Positions 19,552-27,117 of a stretch of 64,000 nt of DNA are shown in pieces. Positions within the stretch are counted from its first letter, which is position 1. Each line of letters starts with the position of its first letter. Source of the DNA: an uncultured Candidatus Saccharibacteria bacterium. GTDB taxonomy: Bacteria > Patescibacteriota > Dojkabacteria > SC72. The position numbers and the translations under genes are program-made. Under the pieces are notes generated by a model. That model made no database searches, was not told the DNA's origin, and saw only the letters and a program-made list of their open reading frames with translations. The stretch spans positions 46,468 to 110,467 of the forward strand of contig CAZSUV010000002.1 in the NCBI GenBank assembly GCA_964610125.1. The letters are read 5' to 3'.

Positions 19552-19636
19552 CATTTTTTTCTCCCTCTGCGCACCTCTGGGTGTTTATTTTTTAGATACC
19601 CAGAGTGAATTGCATATCTGTATTTAAGAGATATAT

Positions 19637-21508
19637 TTACCTTTGAATAGGGGTACTATTCAATTTCTTCCTCTTCATTCTTCTAACCGTATTCTTAGTA
19701 ACAGCTACTATAACTGAAACTATCAATACAAGAATAATAACAGGGCCCGTAATTATAACTGCCTTCCCAATAGTCGTAGTCTTAAGGAATGTATTTAACC
19801 ATTGTCCAAAACCATACTTACTAGCAGAAGGAATATCCTCATTAGATTCATATCCCTTCTCGGGTACTAAATCGGTATATGTCTGCAACTTAGTAAAATC
19901 AATTCCCGTGCTATCGACACCATACACATTTAGGTTATATCCCTCCGTAGTTAACACATCAATATTGTCTGCTGAAAACACCTTAATATTTGAAAGCGTA
20001 TCTCCATTAAACACTTCCCAAAGTACTCGATCAATACTCTGTCCCAACCTCATGTTATTACTTTCTAAAGTAGGGTCTACAGAATACCAACCATAGTCTG
20101 GAATCCAAACCTGTACCCATTGATGTCTAACTTGAGCTTCTTGAGTTTCAGTAATATTTGCATATCCTAAAGCTGCTCTAGATGGAATACCTTGAGCTCT
20201 AAGAAGAGCAATCATTAAATCTGCATATTCCATACATACAGAAGCACCACCCTCGAGTGCAGCTTTTGCACCGATTCTTTCATTCTCAGAATTTGCCTTG
20301 TTATCATCATATGTAAGCTTGTCTCCAATATATGCATAGTCAGCCTTTATGATATCCATAACTGTAGTTTTGTCTGCCATCAATTTCTCAGCCTCGCTTT
20401 TGATATTGGAATCATTACTTTGCCAATATTTAGTAGCGGTTAAGTAGTTCTTAAGGTAAGAAGCTTTTGAGATTGCTTCTCTGTATGCAGTCCAATCCAT
20501 ATTTACGGGAGCTGATCCAGCCTGGTATGCATCTTGGTTTGTAACAATATATCCCTCTAAGGTTATTGTCCCTATGGTATTTGCAGGAACCTCAAATGAT
20601 GCAATGATATTTCCTTCGGCATCCTTGTATATATTGGATGGGGTAGGAGATACATTGGTGAAATATACCTTTTGATCTGTTTCATCAAATTCTCTAGGTA
20701 AAGAGATCTCAAATATATTTGTTGAAAGAGATTTAAATACGTTGGTTAAACTTTCTGGTACTAAGGTATCAGTTTTGGGAGTGGTGTATGTTAGTGCAAA
20801 TTTGTATGTAACTGATGTTCCGAATTCCATATATGGGGAATTTCCAACTCTGTTTTCTTGTGCGAATGAATATGTTGTTTTACCATTTTTTGTAGCTTGA
20901 GTGAATTGAGAAGGATATACCTTGGCAAGTGGAGCTATTTTGTCATCTACAATGATGTTTAAACCATAGTTAAAGGATGTTTGGGTATTTGTTGTTGTAT
21001 CTGTTTGCTCAAATATGACATCTTTTGGTAAGGCTGGAGCTTGAAGTGTTGTGAAATTGGCTACTTTAGTAACAAAATCATGGGTATTGTAGGTTATTTG
21101 TATGGAATATGGTGAGCTTGATGTGGTTTGTTTGTAGTTAGGAACCTTAATATATATCCCTGAGCCTTGTGCTTGCTCTTCAATTGTATATTTTACTGTT
21201 CCTCCTAAAGAGTTAGTTACTTTTAAGGAATCTAGTTTGTATTTTCTCTCTGCGGTTATTTCTGCTTCTGTACTACTTGGTAGGTCAGGTATATTGAAGA
21301 CCTTTTCGCCTGTTGCAGGGTAGAAGTAGTCACTATTCGCTACTGTTCTTGAATATTTTGTTACTACTGATACGTATGTTTCTCCTGTGGTATATGTGAT
21401 GTCTGTGTTTGAATCTATTACGAAGTCTGATGACTTTGCTAATACCTTGGTTGAGAGGAGAAGGAAGAGGGAGACAATACTGAAGATATATATGAACAGT
21501 TTTTTCAT
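19637..21508 (-). CDS. Secreted, membrane-anchored transglutaminase-like domain protein
   Basis: Signal peptide; VCMEYADLMIALLRAQGIPSR, HQWVQVW, WYSVDPT (C-H-D triad); C-terminal TM. Confidence 0.9.
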   Translation of the reverse strand: MKKLFIYIFSIVSLFLLLSTKVLAKSSDFVIDSNTDITYTTGETYVSVVTKYSRTVANSDYFYPATGEKVFNIPDLPSSTEAEITAERKYKLDSLKVTNSLGGTVKYTIEEQAQGSGIYIKVPNYKQTTSSSPYSIQITYNTHDFVTKVANFTTLQAPALPKDVIFEQTDTTTNTQTSFNYGLNIIVDDKIAPLAKVYPSQFTQATKNGKTTYSFAQENRVGNSPYMEFGTSVTYKFALTYTTPKTDTLVPESLTNVFKSLSTNIFEISLPREFDETDQKVYFTNVSPTPSNIYKDAEGNIIASFEVPANTIGTITLEGYIVTNQDAYQAGSAPVNMDWTAYREAISKASYLKNYLTATKYWQSNDSNIKSEAEKLMADKTTVMDIIKADYAYIGDKLTYDDNKANSENERIGAKAALEGGASVCMEYADLMIALLRAQGIPSRAALGYANITETQEAQVRHQWVQVWIPDYGWYSVDPTLESNNMRLGQSIDRVLWEVFNGDTLSNIKVFSADNIDVLTTEGYNLNVYGVDSTGIDFTKLQTYTDLVPEKGYESNEDIPSASKYGFGQWLNTFLKTTTIGKAVIITGPVIILVLIVSVIVAVTKNTVRRMKRKKLNSTPIQR

Positions 21509-21553
21509 TGTATTGATTAGGGCTATTTAATGTATTTAATATCATAGCAATTA

Positions 21554-21625
21554 TTGAAAAAGGAAGGAAGAAGACCTATAATGCGGGTCCGGAACACACA
21601 TCCGTGGATCTTTTAAAAAATGGAG
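21554..21625 (+). promoter_or_regulatory. Cassette D leader: promoter, boxA-like motif, SD
   Basis: TTGAAA-17-TATAAT (21554-21582); GATCTTTTAAAAA 21607-21619; GGAG 21622-21625. Confidence 0.7.
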
Positions 21626-21631
21626 CTAAAA

Positions 21632-22114
21632 ATGAAAGAAGAAAGACAAGAGTTAATAACGAAAGTTGTTAAGTTATACAACGAATTTCAGGAAATCTTT
21701 AAAGATGCTCATGTTGAGTCTTTTCTGAATACCCTGTTCTTTAATGGGATAAAATTCTTGTTTAATGATTGGGATGAGCTTTTAATCCTACGAGAAAGAT
21801 TGGTAGATCCAAGACTAAAATCAATGATTTTGGTTTTAATGGCCAATGCTTCTGAAGAGGTAGACCAATTGGTCTTCGTAATGGTCAACTGTCCTCATAA
21901 TGAGGGCGCAGCTGGCGCAGTGAGAAAAAAGATTAAAGCCCAATTTGGCGGTATGGTTAATTCCTTGAAAGATGGTGTTGAAGAATATTTCGATACCGAG
22001 GAATTAAGAAAACGAACATATGGGAAACAAACTCTTCAGGCGTGGATCTTTAATACCTTTTTATATGGTCTTAAAGGACAAGAAGTCCTAAAAGATGTAC
22101 ATTCTGAAGAATAG
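21632..22114 (+). CDS. Helical ORFan, cassette D (alternative start 21620)
   Basis: GGAG spaced for ATG 21632; no family recognised. Confidence 0.75.
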   Translation: MKEERQELITKVVKLYNEFQEIFKDAHVESFLNTLFFNGIKFLFNDWDELLILRERLVDPRLKSMILVLMANASEEVDQLVFVMVNCPHNEGAAGAVRKKIKAQFGGMVNSLKDGVEEYFDTEELRKRTYGKQTLQAWIFNTFLYGLKGQEVLKDVHSEE

Positions 22115-22143
22115 AGTGTGCTATTCTTCTAAAACCTGTCTGA

Positions 22144-22192
22144 CTGTGGGTCTCTGAAGATTGGATTAATTTCCATCAATAGAGACTCACAG
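22144..22192 (+). other. Long 3' hairpin of cassette D, no U tract
   Basis: CTGTGGGTCTCT/AGAGACTCACAG, 12 bp with one G-U pair. Confidence 0.7.
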
Positions 22193-22260
22193 ATTGGTTA
22201 TATATTTCAAATGATAAATTTTGTTTTAAAACCAGATATGGTTATTTTATGTTGTAGGAA

Positions 22261-22325
22261 TTGAAAAACGAGGCAACAAGGCCTATAATGTTTCTTGCAA
22301 CAGATCTTTATATTATGAATAGGAG
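22261..22325 (+). promoter_or_regulatory. Cassette E leader: promoter, 5' pairing arm, SD
   Basis: TTGAAA-17-TATAAT (22261-22289) similar to the cassette D promoter; AGGAG 22321-22325. Confidence 0.75.
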
Positions 22326-22331
22326 CCCAAG

Positions 22332-22745
22332 ATGGTGGAAGTAAAATTCCTAGAAGTTGATTTATTTGCAATAAGAAAATACTGTGAGGGGTGTTTAGGA
22401 GGAAAACCATATCTAACAGAAATCAAACGGCAATCGTTAGAACAGCCAGCGAAGTGGTACTATTTCTATATTATTCTCCAAGAAATAGTAGAGTATAAGG
22501 AATATATCTATTCCAACCTCAAAAAATATCTAAGCAGATCTATCGAAATTGCAACAATTTTCTATATGATAACTGAGGCAGAAAGCGAAGATGAAAAAAT
22601 AGCTGTAGAAGCAATTAAGTCTCATCTAGGTGTTATGAAAAAGGCTTATAGAGCTACTCAACGTGGAAATATTGTAAAAGCAGTTGGCTATTCGGGAAAA
22701 ACATTAAATATAGAAAACCTTGAGGAGGTGGAAACTAAAAAATAA
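22332..22745 (+). CDS. ORFan, cassette E
   Basis: 137 aa, SD, one CxxC (CEGC); no family recognised. Confidence 0.75.
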   Translation: MVEVKFLEVDLFAIRKYCEGCLGGKPYLTEIKRQSLEQPAKWYYFYIILQEIVEYKEYIYSNLKKYLSRSIEIATIFYMITEAESEDEKIAVEAIKSHLGVMKKAYRATQRGNIVKAVGYSGKTLNIENLEEVETKK

Positions 22746-22763
22746 AGGGCCTGTTGCAAAAAC

Positions 22764-22804
22764 CAGTAGAGCTTCATATATATGAAGAACATGAAGCTCT
22801 ACTG
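22764..22804 (+). other. Long 3' hairpin of cassette E, no U tract
   Basis: CAGTAGAGCTTCAT/ATGAAGCTCTACTG perfect 14 bp. Confidence 0.8.
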
Positions 22805-22852
22805 TAAGGTCTTGGTGTTCAAAACAAGGATATTAATATATAATTCACCATT

Positions 22853-23944
22853 ATGTCAGTAAAAAGATCACACTCATTATCACTAGGTATTGTAGGACTT
22901 CCTAATTCAGGAAAATCTACAATATTTAATGCACTAACCAAATTAACAGTACCAGCAGAAAATTTTCCTTTTTGTACGATAGATAAAAACGTAGGAGTAG
23001 TAGAGATACCAGATGAAAGATTAGGAAGAATGTCTGCATATTTCAATGCTAAGAAGATTGTCCCTTCAGCTATGACATTTGTAGATATTGCAGGATTAGT
23101 AAAAGGAGCATCAAAGGGAGAGGGATTAGGAAATCAATTCCTTTCACATATTAGAGAAACCGATGTCATTATGTATGTACTTAGAGCTTTTGAAAGTAAG
23201 GAGATTGTACATGTATATGAAAGGGTAAACCCTGTTGAAGATTTTGAAATTGTACAAGCAGAACTCATATTTAAAGATATTGAGGTCATTGAAAAGAAAA
23301 TTGCTAGCGTAAACAAGATGGCAAGGATAGGGAATGCAGATGCTGCATTAGAGATGAATATATTGGAGAAGATACAGAAGAATCTTGGTATGGGTATTCC
23401 TGTGGTAGATATGGAGATGAATGAAAAAGAGAAAGAATATGTATATGACCTTTGGTTATTAACCAGCAAGAAGAGAATGTTTGTATTGAATTGTAAGGAA
23501 GGGTTGGAAAATGAAAAGATTGAACAATGGAAGAAGGAATTGGAAGAGAAAACTGGGGACTTAGTAATCATGGCTGATGTAAAGTTGGTGGGGGAGATGG
23601 AAGATGCAGATGAATATGCTGAGTTATTGGGTTATGTTCCTAAATCGGTTAAGGATATTATTAAGGGGGCATATGATGCGCTAAATCTTATAACCTTCTA
23701 TACCGGATCTGAGAAGGAGTGTAATGCATGGACTATTGAGAAGGGTGCTAATGCTAAGGAGGCTGCTGGGGTTATACATACTGATTTAGAAAATAATTTT
23801 ATAACGGCTGATGTAGTTAATGTAGACGCTTTGTTAGATGCTGGTGGTTGGGTTAAGGCTAAGGAATTGGGTTTGGTTAAGAATCATGGTAAGGATTATA
23901 TTGTCCAAGATGGTGATTACATTATTATTCTTGCGAATAAGTAA
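22853..23944 (+). CDS. ychF: Redox-regulated ATPase YchF
   Basis: GIVGLPNSGKST, NFPFCTID, DIAGLVKGAS.GEGLGNQFL, AAGVIHTD. Confidence 0.97.
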   Translation: MSVKRSHSLSLGIVGLPNSGKSTIFNALTKLTVPAENFPFCTIDKNVGVVEIPDERLGRMSAYFNAKKIVPSAMTFVDIAGLVKGASKGEGLGNQFLSHIRETDVIMYVLRAFESKEIVHVYERVNPVEDFEIVQAELIFKDIEVIEKKIASVNKMARIGNADAALEMNILEKIQKNLGMGIPVVDMEMNEKEKEYVYDLWLLTSKKRMFVLNCKEGLENEKIEQWKKELEEKTGDLVIMADVKLVGEMEDADEYAELLGYVPKSVKDIIKGAYDALNLITFYTGSEKECNAWTIEKGANAKEAAGVIHTDLENNFITADVVNVDALLDAGGWVKAKELGLVKNHGKDYIVQDGDYIIILANK

Positions 23945-23952
23945 GAATTTCT

Positions 23953-24031
23953 CAAAAGAAATACTGTTGTAGTAGATATTTACAACGGATTGGGTATCCT
24001 ATAGAATATAGTTGTCTTTTTGTTGGGATTA
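23953..24031 (+). repeat. Direct repeat copy 1 (promoter and leader of cassette F1)
   Basis: About 80 bp similar to 24617-24696; contains TTTACA-17-TAGAAT and GTCTTTTTGTTGGGATTA. Confidence 0.85.
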
Positions 24032-24074
24032 TTCCCAAATCTTGTGTTGCTCACTAAAAAAGGAGAATAGAATA

Positions 24075-24527
24075 ATGACCTCAAATGTTCGACGTAATAT
24101 CGAAGGGAAGGGACAAGTTTCTCTTCCAGTTTTGGGTAGTTTCGGAGGTATGTTTGTAACTTCCGAGGGTCGTGATCGTATCTTAATTGTAGATACGAGC
24201 TTTATCAATGCTATTGCAATTCCTTTGCCGGAAAAGAGTTTAACCTTTGTAAAGTTGGCGGGAATCTTTTCTTATAAAGATGTCATCGGAATTCCAAAGA
24301 AAGGAAGAGTTGTTTATGCGCAATATAAAAATGAGCTTAATGTAGTTCTCTGCTTTAACCTTAGTGGTTCACTTAGGTTTGGAAGCCGATTAGACAGCAA
24401 CTGTGCAGTTAGCATTCCTGATGATAACATCGGAAACGTTGTGATTTTTGAACGGGATGCAACATTGTTAGTTGTGGAAGGGCAAACCCTACAAAGGTGT
24501 TCGCTTCAAATAAAGGAGAAAGAATAA
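24075..24527 (+). CDS. ORFan (beta-rich), cassette F1
   Basis: AAGGAG SD before ATG 24075; no family recognised. Confidence 0.75.
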   Translation: MTSNVRRNIEGKGQVSLPVLGSFGGMFVTSEGRDRILIVDTSFINAIAIPLPEKSLTFVKLAGIFSYKDVIGIPKKGRVVYAQYKNELNVVLCFNLSGSLRFGSRLDSNCAVSIPDDNIGNVVIFERDATLLVVEGQTLQRCSLQIKEKE

Positions 24528-24538
24528 CAAAAAGACAA

Positions 24539-24606
24539 AAAGGGTAGTGGACTATTCGTATATTGGTTAACTCCAATTTCACACATAGTCCACTGCACGA
24601 CCCTTT
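24539..24606 (+). other. Bulged 3' hairpin of cassette F1
   Basis: AAAGGGT-AGTGGACTAT ... ATAGTCCACT-GCACG-ACCCTTT. Confidence 0.75.
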
Positions 24607-24616
24607 AACAAAATTA

Positions 24617-24696
24617 CAAAAGAAATACAGTTGCAGTAGATATTTACAACAAATTAGATATCCTATAGAATATGGATAGTCTTTTTGTTGGGATTA
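24617..24696 (+). repeat. Direct repeat copy 2 (promoter and leader of cassette F2)
   Basis: TTTACA 24643-24648, TAGAAT 24666-24671, GTCTTTTTGTTGGGATTA. Confidence 0.85.
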
Positions 24697-24745
24697 AGTC
24701 CCGGATTATATTCGCTCTTAATAGGAATAGGAAGGATAGGGAAAA

Positions 24746-25195
24746 ATGGAGTTCATAAACAAAGGTAAGAAATGGTTTTTTGAATTTGGTGGCTTTAATT
24801 ATGAGGTCATCAATCGATATGGAGATGCTTTCACTGCAAAACATGATCAATCTCCGGATTGTTTTTTGTTTATGCAAAATGAGAAGGAACCATATATAAC
24901 CAATGCATGCCCAGCTATTTTAACCAGAAAAGTAATTATACGGAATCACTTTTCTCTGCGATCAAGTTGGAGAGAATATGACCTGGTTATCAATGGCGAT
25001 CGGCAATATCTGGTTCGATACCATATGAATGAAGAAGAAGATAATAATTGGAAGGTGCGTTCTATCGAAAAAATTCCTGTGGGGAATTTCTATATGTGGT
25101 ACGATCCTGAAACTCGGGACTTGAAACGCCTACCATGGAAAGTTGAATTTTTAAAACTCTACAAAGGAGTTTTGGTTCCGCTCAATGATGAGTAA
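24746..25195 (+). CDS. ORFan, cassette F2
   Basis: 149 aa, purine-rich SD region (AGGAAGGA/AGGGA); no similarity to F1 seen by eye. Confidence 0.75.
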   Translation: MEFINKGKKWFFEFGGFNYEVINRYGDAFTAKHDQSPDCFLFMQNEKEPYITNACPAILTRKVIIRNHFSLRSSWREYDLVINGDRQYLVRYHMNEEEDNNWKVRSIEKIPVGNFYMWYDPETRDLKRLPWKVEFLKLYKGVLVPLNDE

Positions 25196-25214
25196 AACAA
25201 AAAGACAAAACAAA

Positions 25215-25267
25215 GGGTGGTGGAGCTCTGTTATTCTACTTATGTAGAGAGTTCCACCTGTAATCCC
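25215..25267 (+). other. Bulged 3' hairpin of cassette F2
   Basis: GGGT-GGTGGAGCTCT ... AGAGTTCCACC-TGTAAT-CCC. Confidence 0.7.
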
Positions 25268-25356
25268 ATATATATTGAGAGTTTGGCAGTTGTATTAACT
25301 AATATTTTCTGCTAAAATCCATTCTCGTTAAGACATAATTTGTATATATCGGTTAA

Positions 25357-25713
25357 ATGGCAGCAGAAGAAGTAAAAAAAGGAAACTATTATGAAATGGC
25401 AGTGGCTCTTAAACCACTATTACCAGACGATGTTAGAAAAGCAATTCACAAAGAATTTGTTGATTTAGTTAAGTCTAAGGGTGGAGAAGTATTAGATGTA
25501 GATGTATGGGGAAAGAGATATTTAGCATACAAGATAAATGGACATAACGAAGGCTATTACATTATATATACCTTCATATCCGATCCTTCCAATATCCTAG
25601 AAATCAGAAGACAGATGGAATTAAAACAAGAAGTTTTGAGATATATGGTAGTAGAAGCAGATGATGTAGATGAAATAGGAAAGAAGATTAAGAAGAAGGA
25701 AATAGAAATTTAA
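25357..25713 (+). CDS. rpsF: 30S ribosomal protein S6
   Basis: YEM, WGKRYLAYKI, GYY, VLRYMV; rpsF-ssb-rpsR order. Confidence 0.96.
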   Translation: MAAEEVKKGNYYEMAVALKPLLPDDVRKAIHKEFVDLVKSKGGEVLDVDVWGKRYLAYKINGHNEGYYIIYTFISDPSNILEIRRQMELKQEVLRYMVVEADDVDEIGKKIKKKEIEI

Positions 25714-25772
25714 TCGAATTTTAATATTTGCAGTGTATATTGTAGGTAAGTTAAATTATAATTATTAAACAA

Positions 25773-26270
25773 ATGGCAGCTAGATCACTAAATAAAGTAA
25801 TGTTAATTGGAAATCTAACAAGAGATCCAGAGATGAGATATACCAATTCTGGAACTCCAGTTGTTACTTTCGGAATGGCAACAAACAAGTCATGGAAAGA
25901 TACCAATGGTGAGATGAAAGAATTAGCAGAATTCCATAATGTAGTTGCATGGAACAAGATGGCTGAGATATGTCAGCAATTGTTAGCTAAGGGAATGAAG
26001 ATCTATGTAGAGGGTTCTTTGAATACAAGATCATGGCAGGCAGATGACAATACAACTAGATACAAGACAGAAGTAAGAATTGAAGATATGATTCTTTTAG
26101 ATAGTAAGGGTAAGCAGGGTGCAGGTGTTGATGAAGATGCTGCACATGCTGAAAGACCAGAAAAAGCAGAGAAAGCTCCTAAGGAAGATGTTGTTGCTGA
26201 TGAAGCAGCTCCAGTTGAAGATGAAGCTCCTGTTGATCAGGATCCTTTAGAAGAAGATTTGCCATTTTAA
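25773..26270 (+). CDS. ssb: Single-stranded DNA-binding protein
   Basis: LNKVMLIGNLTRDPE; C-terminal DLPF. Confidence 0.97.
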   Translation: MAARSLNKVMLIGNLTRDPEMRYTNSGTPVVTFGMATNKSWKDTNGEMKELAEFHNVVAWNKMAEICQQLLAKGMKIYVEGSLNTRSWQADDNTTRYKTEVRIEDMILLDSKGKQGAGVDEDAAHAERPEKAEKAPKEDVVADEAAPVEDEAPVDQDPLEEDLPF

Positions 26271-26288
26271 TTTGATATATATTAAGGA

Positions 26289-26606
26289 ATGTCAGACGAA
26301 ATAGTAGTAAAACAAAGTCCAGCAGTAGAGAGTACAGTAAGTGATGACTCTTCTTTTGATGCTAAGAAAAAGAATATGCGAAGAAGAAGAAAGATTATTC
26401 AGAACTTAAAATGTCCTCTATGTGAATCTGGTGTTAAGACTGTTACATACAAGGATGTGTATCAATTAAAAAAGTTTACATCAGTTAGAGGTAAGATTAT
26501 ATCTGTAGAAAAGTCTGGTGCATGTCACAAGCATCAGAAGATGTTAAAGAGAGCTATTAAGAGAGCTAGATTTATGTCTCTCTTGCCATATTCTTCTAAT
26601 GAATAG
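26289..26606 (+). CDS. rpsR: 30S ribosomal protein S18
   Basis: CPLC, YKDV..LKKF, GKII, C.KHQ, AIKRARFMSLLPY. Confidence 0.96.
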   Translation: MSDEIVVKQSPAVESTVSDDSSFDAKKKNMRRRRKIIQNLKCPLCESGVKTVTYKDVYQLKKFTSVRGKIISVEKSGACHKHQKMLKRAIKRARFMSLLPYSSNE

Positions 26607-26633
26607 TCTGTAATATATACATTGAATTGAGAA

Positions 26634-26659
26634 GGGGACCGAAAGGTCCTCTTTTTTTT
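26634..26659 (+). terminator. Intrinsic terminator of the rpsF operon
   Basis: AGGGGACC-GAAA-GGTCCTCT plus T tract. Confidence 0.9.
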
Positions 26660-26672
26660 GCTATGGAACTTT

Positions 26673-26711
26673 CAGAATCTGTTGGTGTTTGGTATATACC
26701 AACAGATTCTG
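26673..26711 (-). other. Perfect 14-bp hairpin immediately after the cassette G stop codon
   Basis: CAGAATCTGTTGGT/ACCAACAGATTCTG. Confidence 0.8.
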
Positions 26712-26999
26712 TTAGCTCTTTAGAGATTTCTTTTTTATTGTATGTATTGCGATCTCCCATCTTTCTTCCCCATTAATTAACAGTATGGCGATATCATATG
26801 GAGAGATATCTAAATCTTTCTGATTCTTTTTAAAATCTAAAATGATTTTAGAAATCACAGCGATCAATTCCTTCGCAGTATTAAATTTTTTGCCAGAAAT
26901 ATTTCTAGCAAGAAAATCTGCAAATTGAATAGGAAAAGTCTTTGAAAGAAGTTCAAAAACTTTCCTTCGTTCTGTGGTAAAACAATTCTTACCATGCAT
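26712..26999 (-). CDS. ORFan, cassette G
   Basis: 95 aa; on the minus strand TATAAT (27040-27045), CGCTCTTTT boxA-like motif and AAAGGA SD upstream. Confidence 0.7.
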   Translation of the reverse strand: MHGKNCFTTERRKVFELLSKTFPIQFADFLARNISGKKFNTAKELIAVISKIILDFKKNQKDLDISPYDIAILLINGEERWEIAIHTIKKKSLKS

Positions 27000-27117
27000 A
27001 ACAATATCCTTTCTCTAAAAGAGCGTTTGACAACAAGTGATTATACCATTAATGAAAACTATAGGTAATACAAGCTTTCATTGCATCTCTTAACCCTTTC
27101 AAGTAATATATTTATAT

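Noticed and set aside
18337-19636. IS or MITE terminal inverted repeats as the explanation for the arms
   Set aside because: No transposase or target-site duplications seen, the C1 promoter lies outside the arms, and mismatches are sense-strand G-U pairs, which favours RNA pairing.
21554-25267. Classical integron (intI, attI, attC array)
   Set aside because: Hairpins lack clear RYYYAAC/GTTRRRY ends, cassettes have their own promoters and are dispersed, and the recombinase looks Xer-like with a dif-like site.
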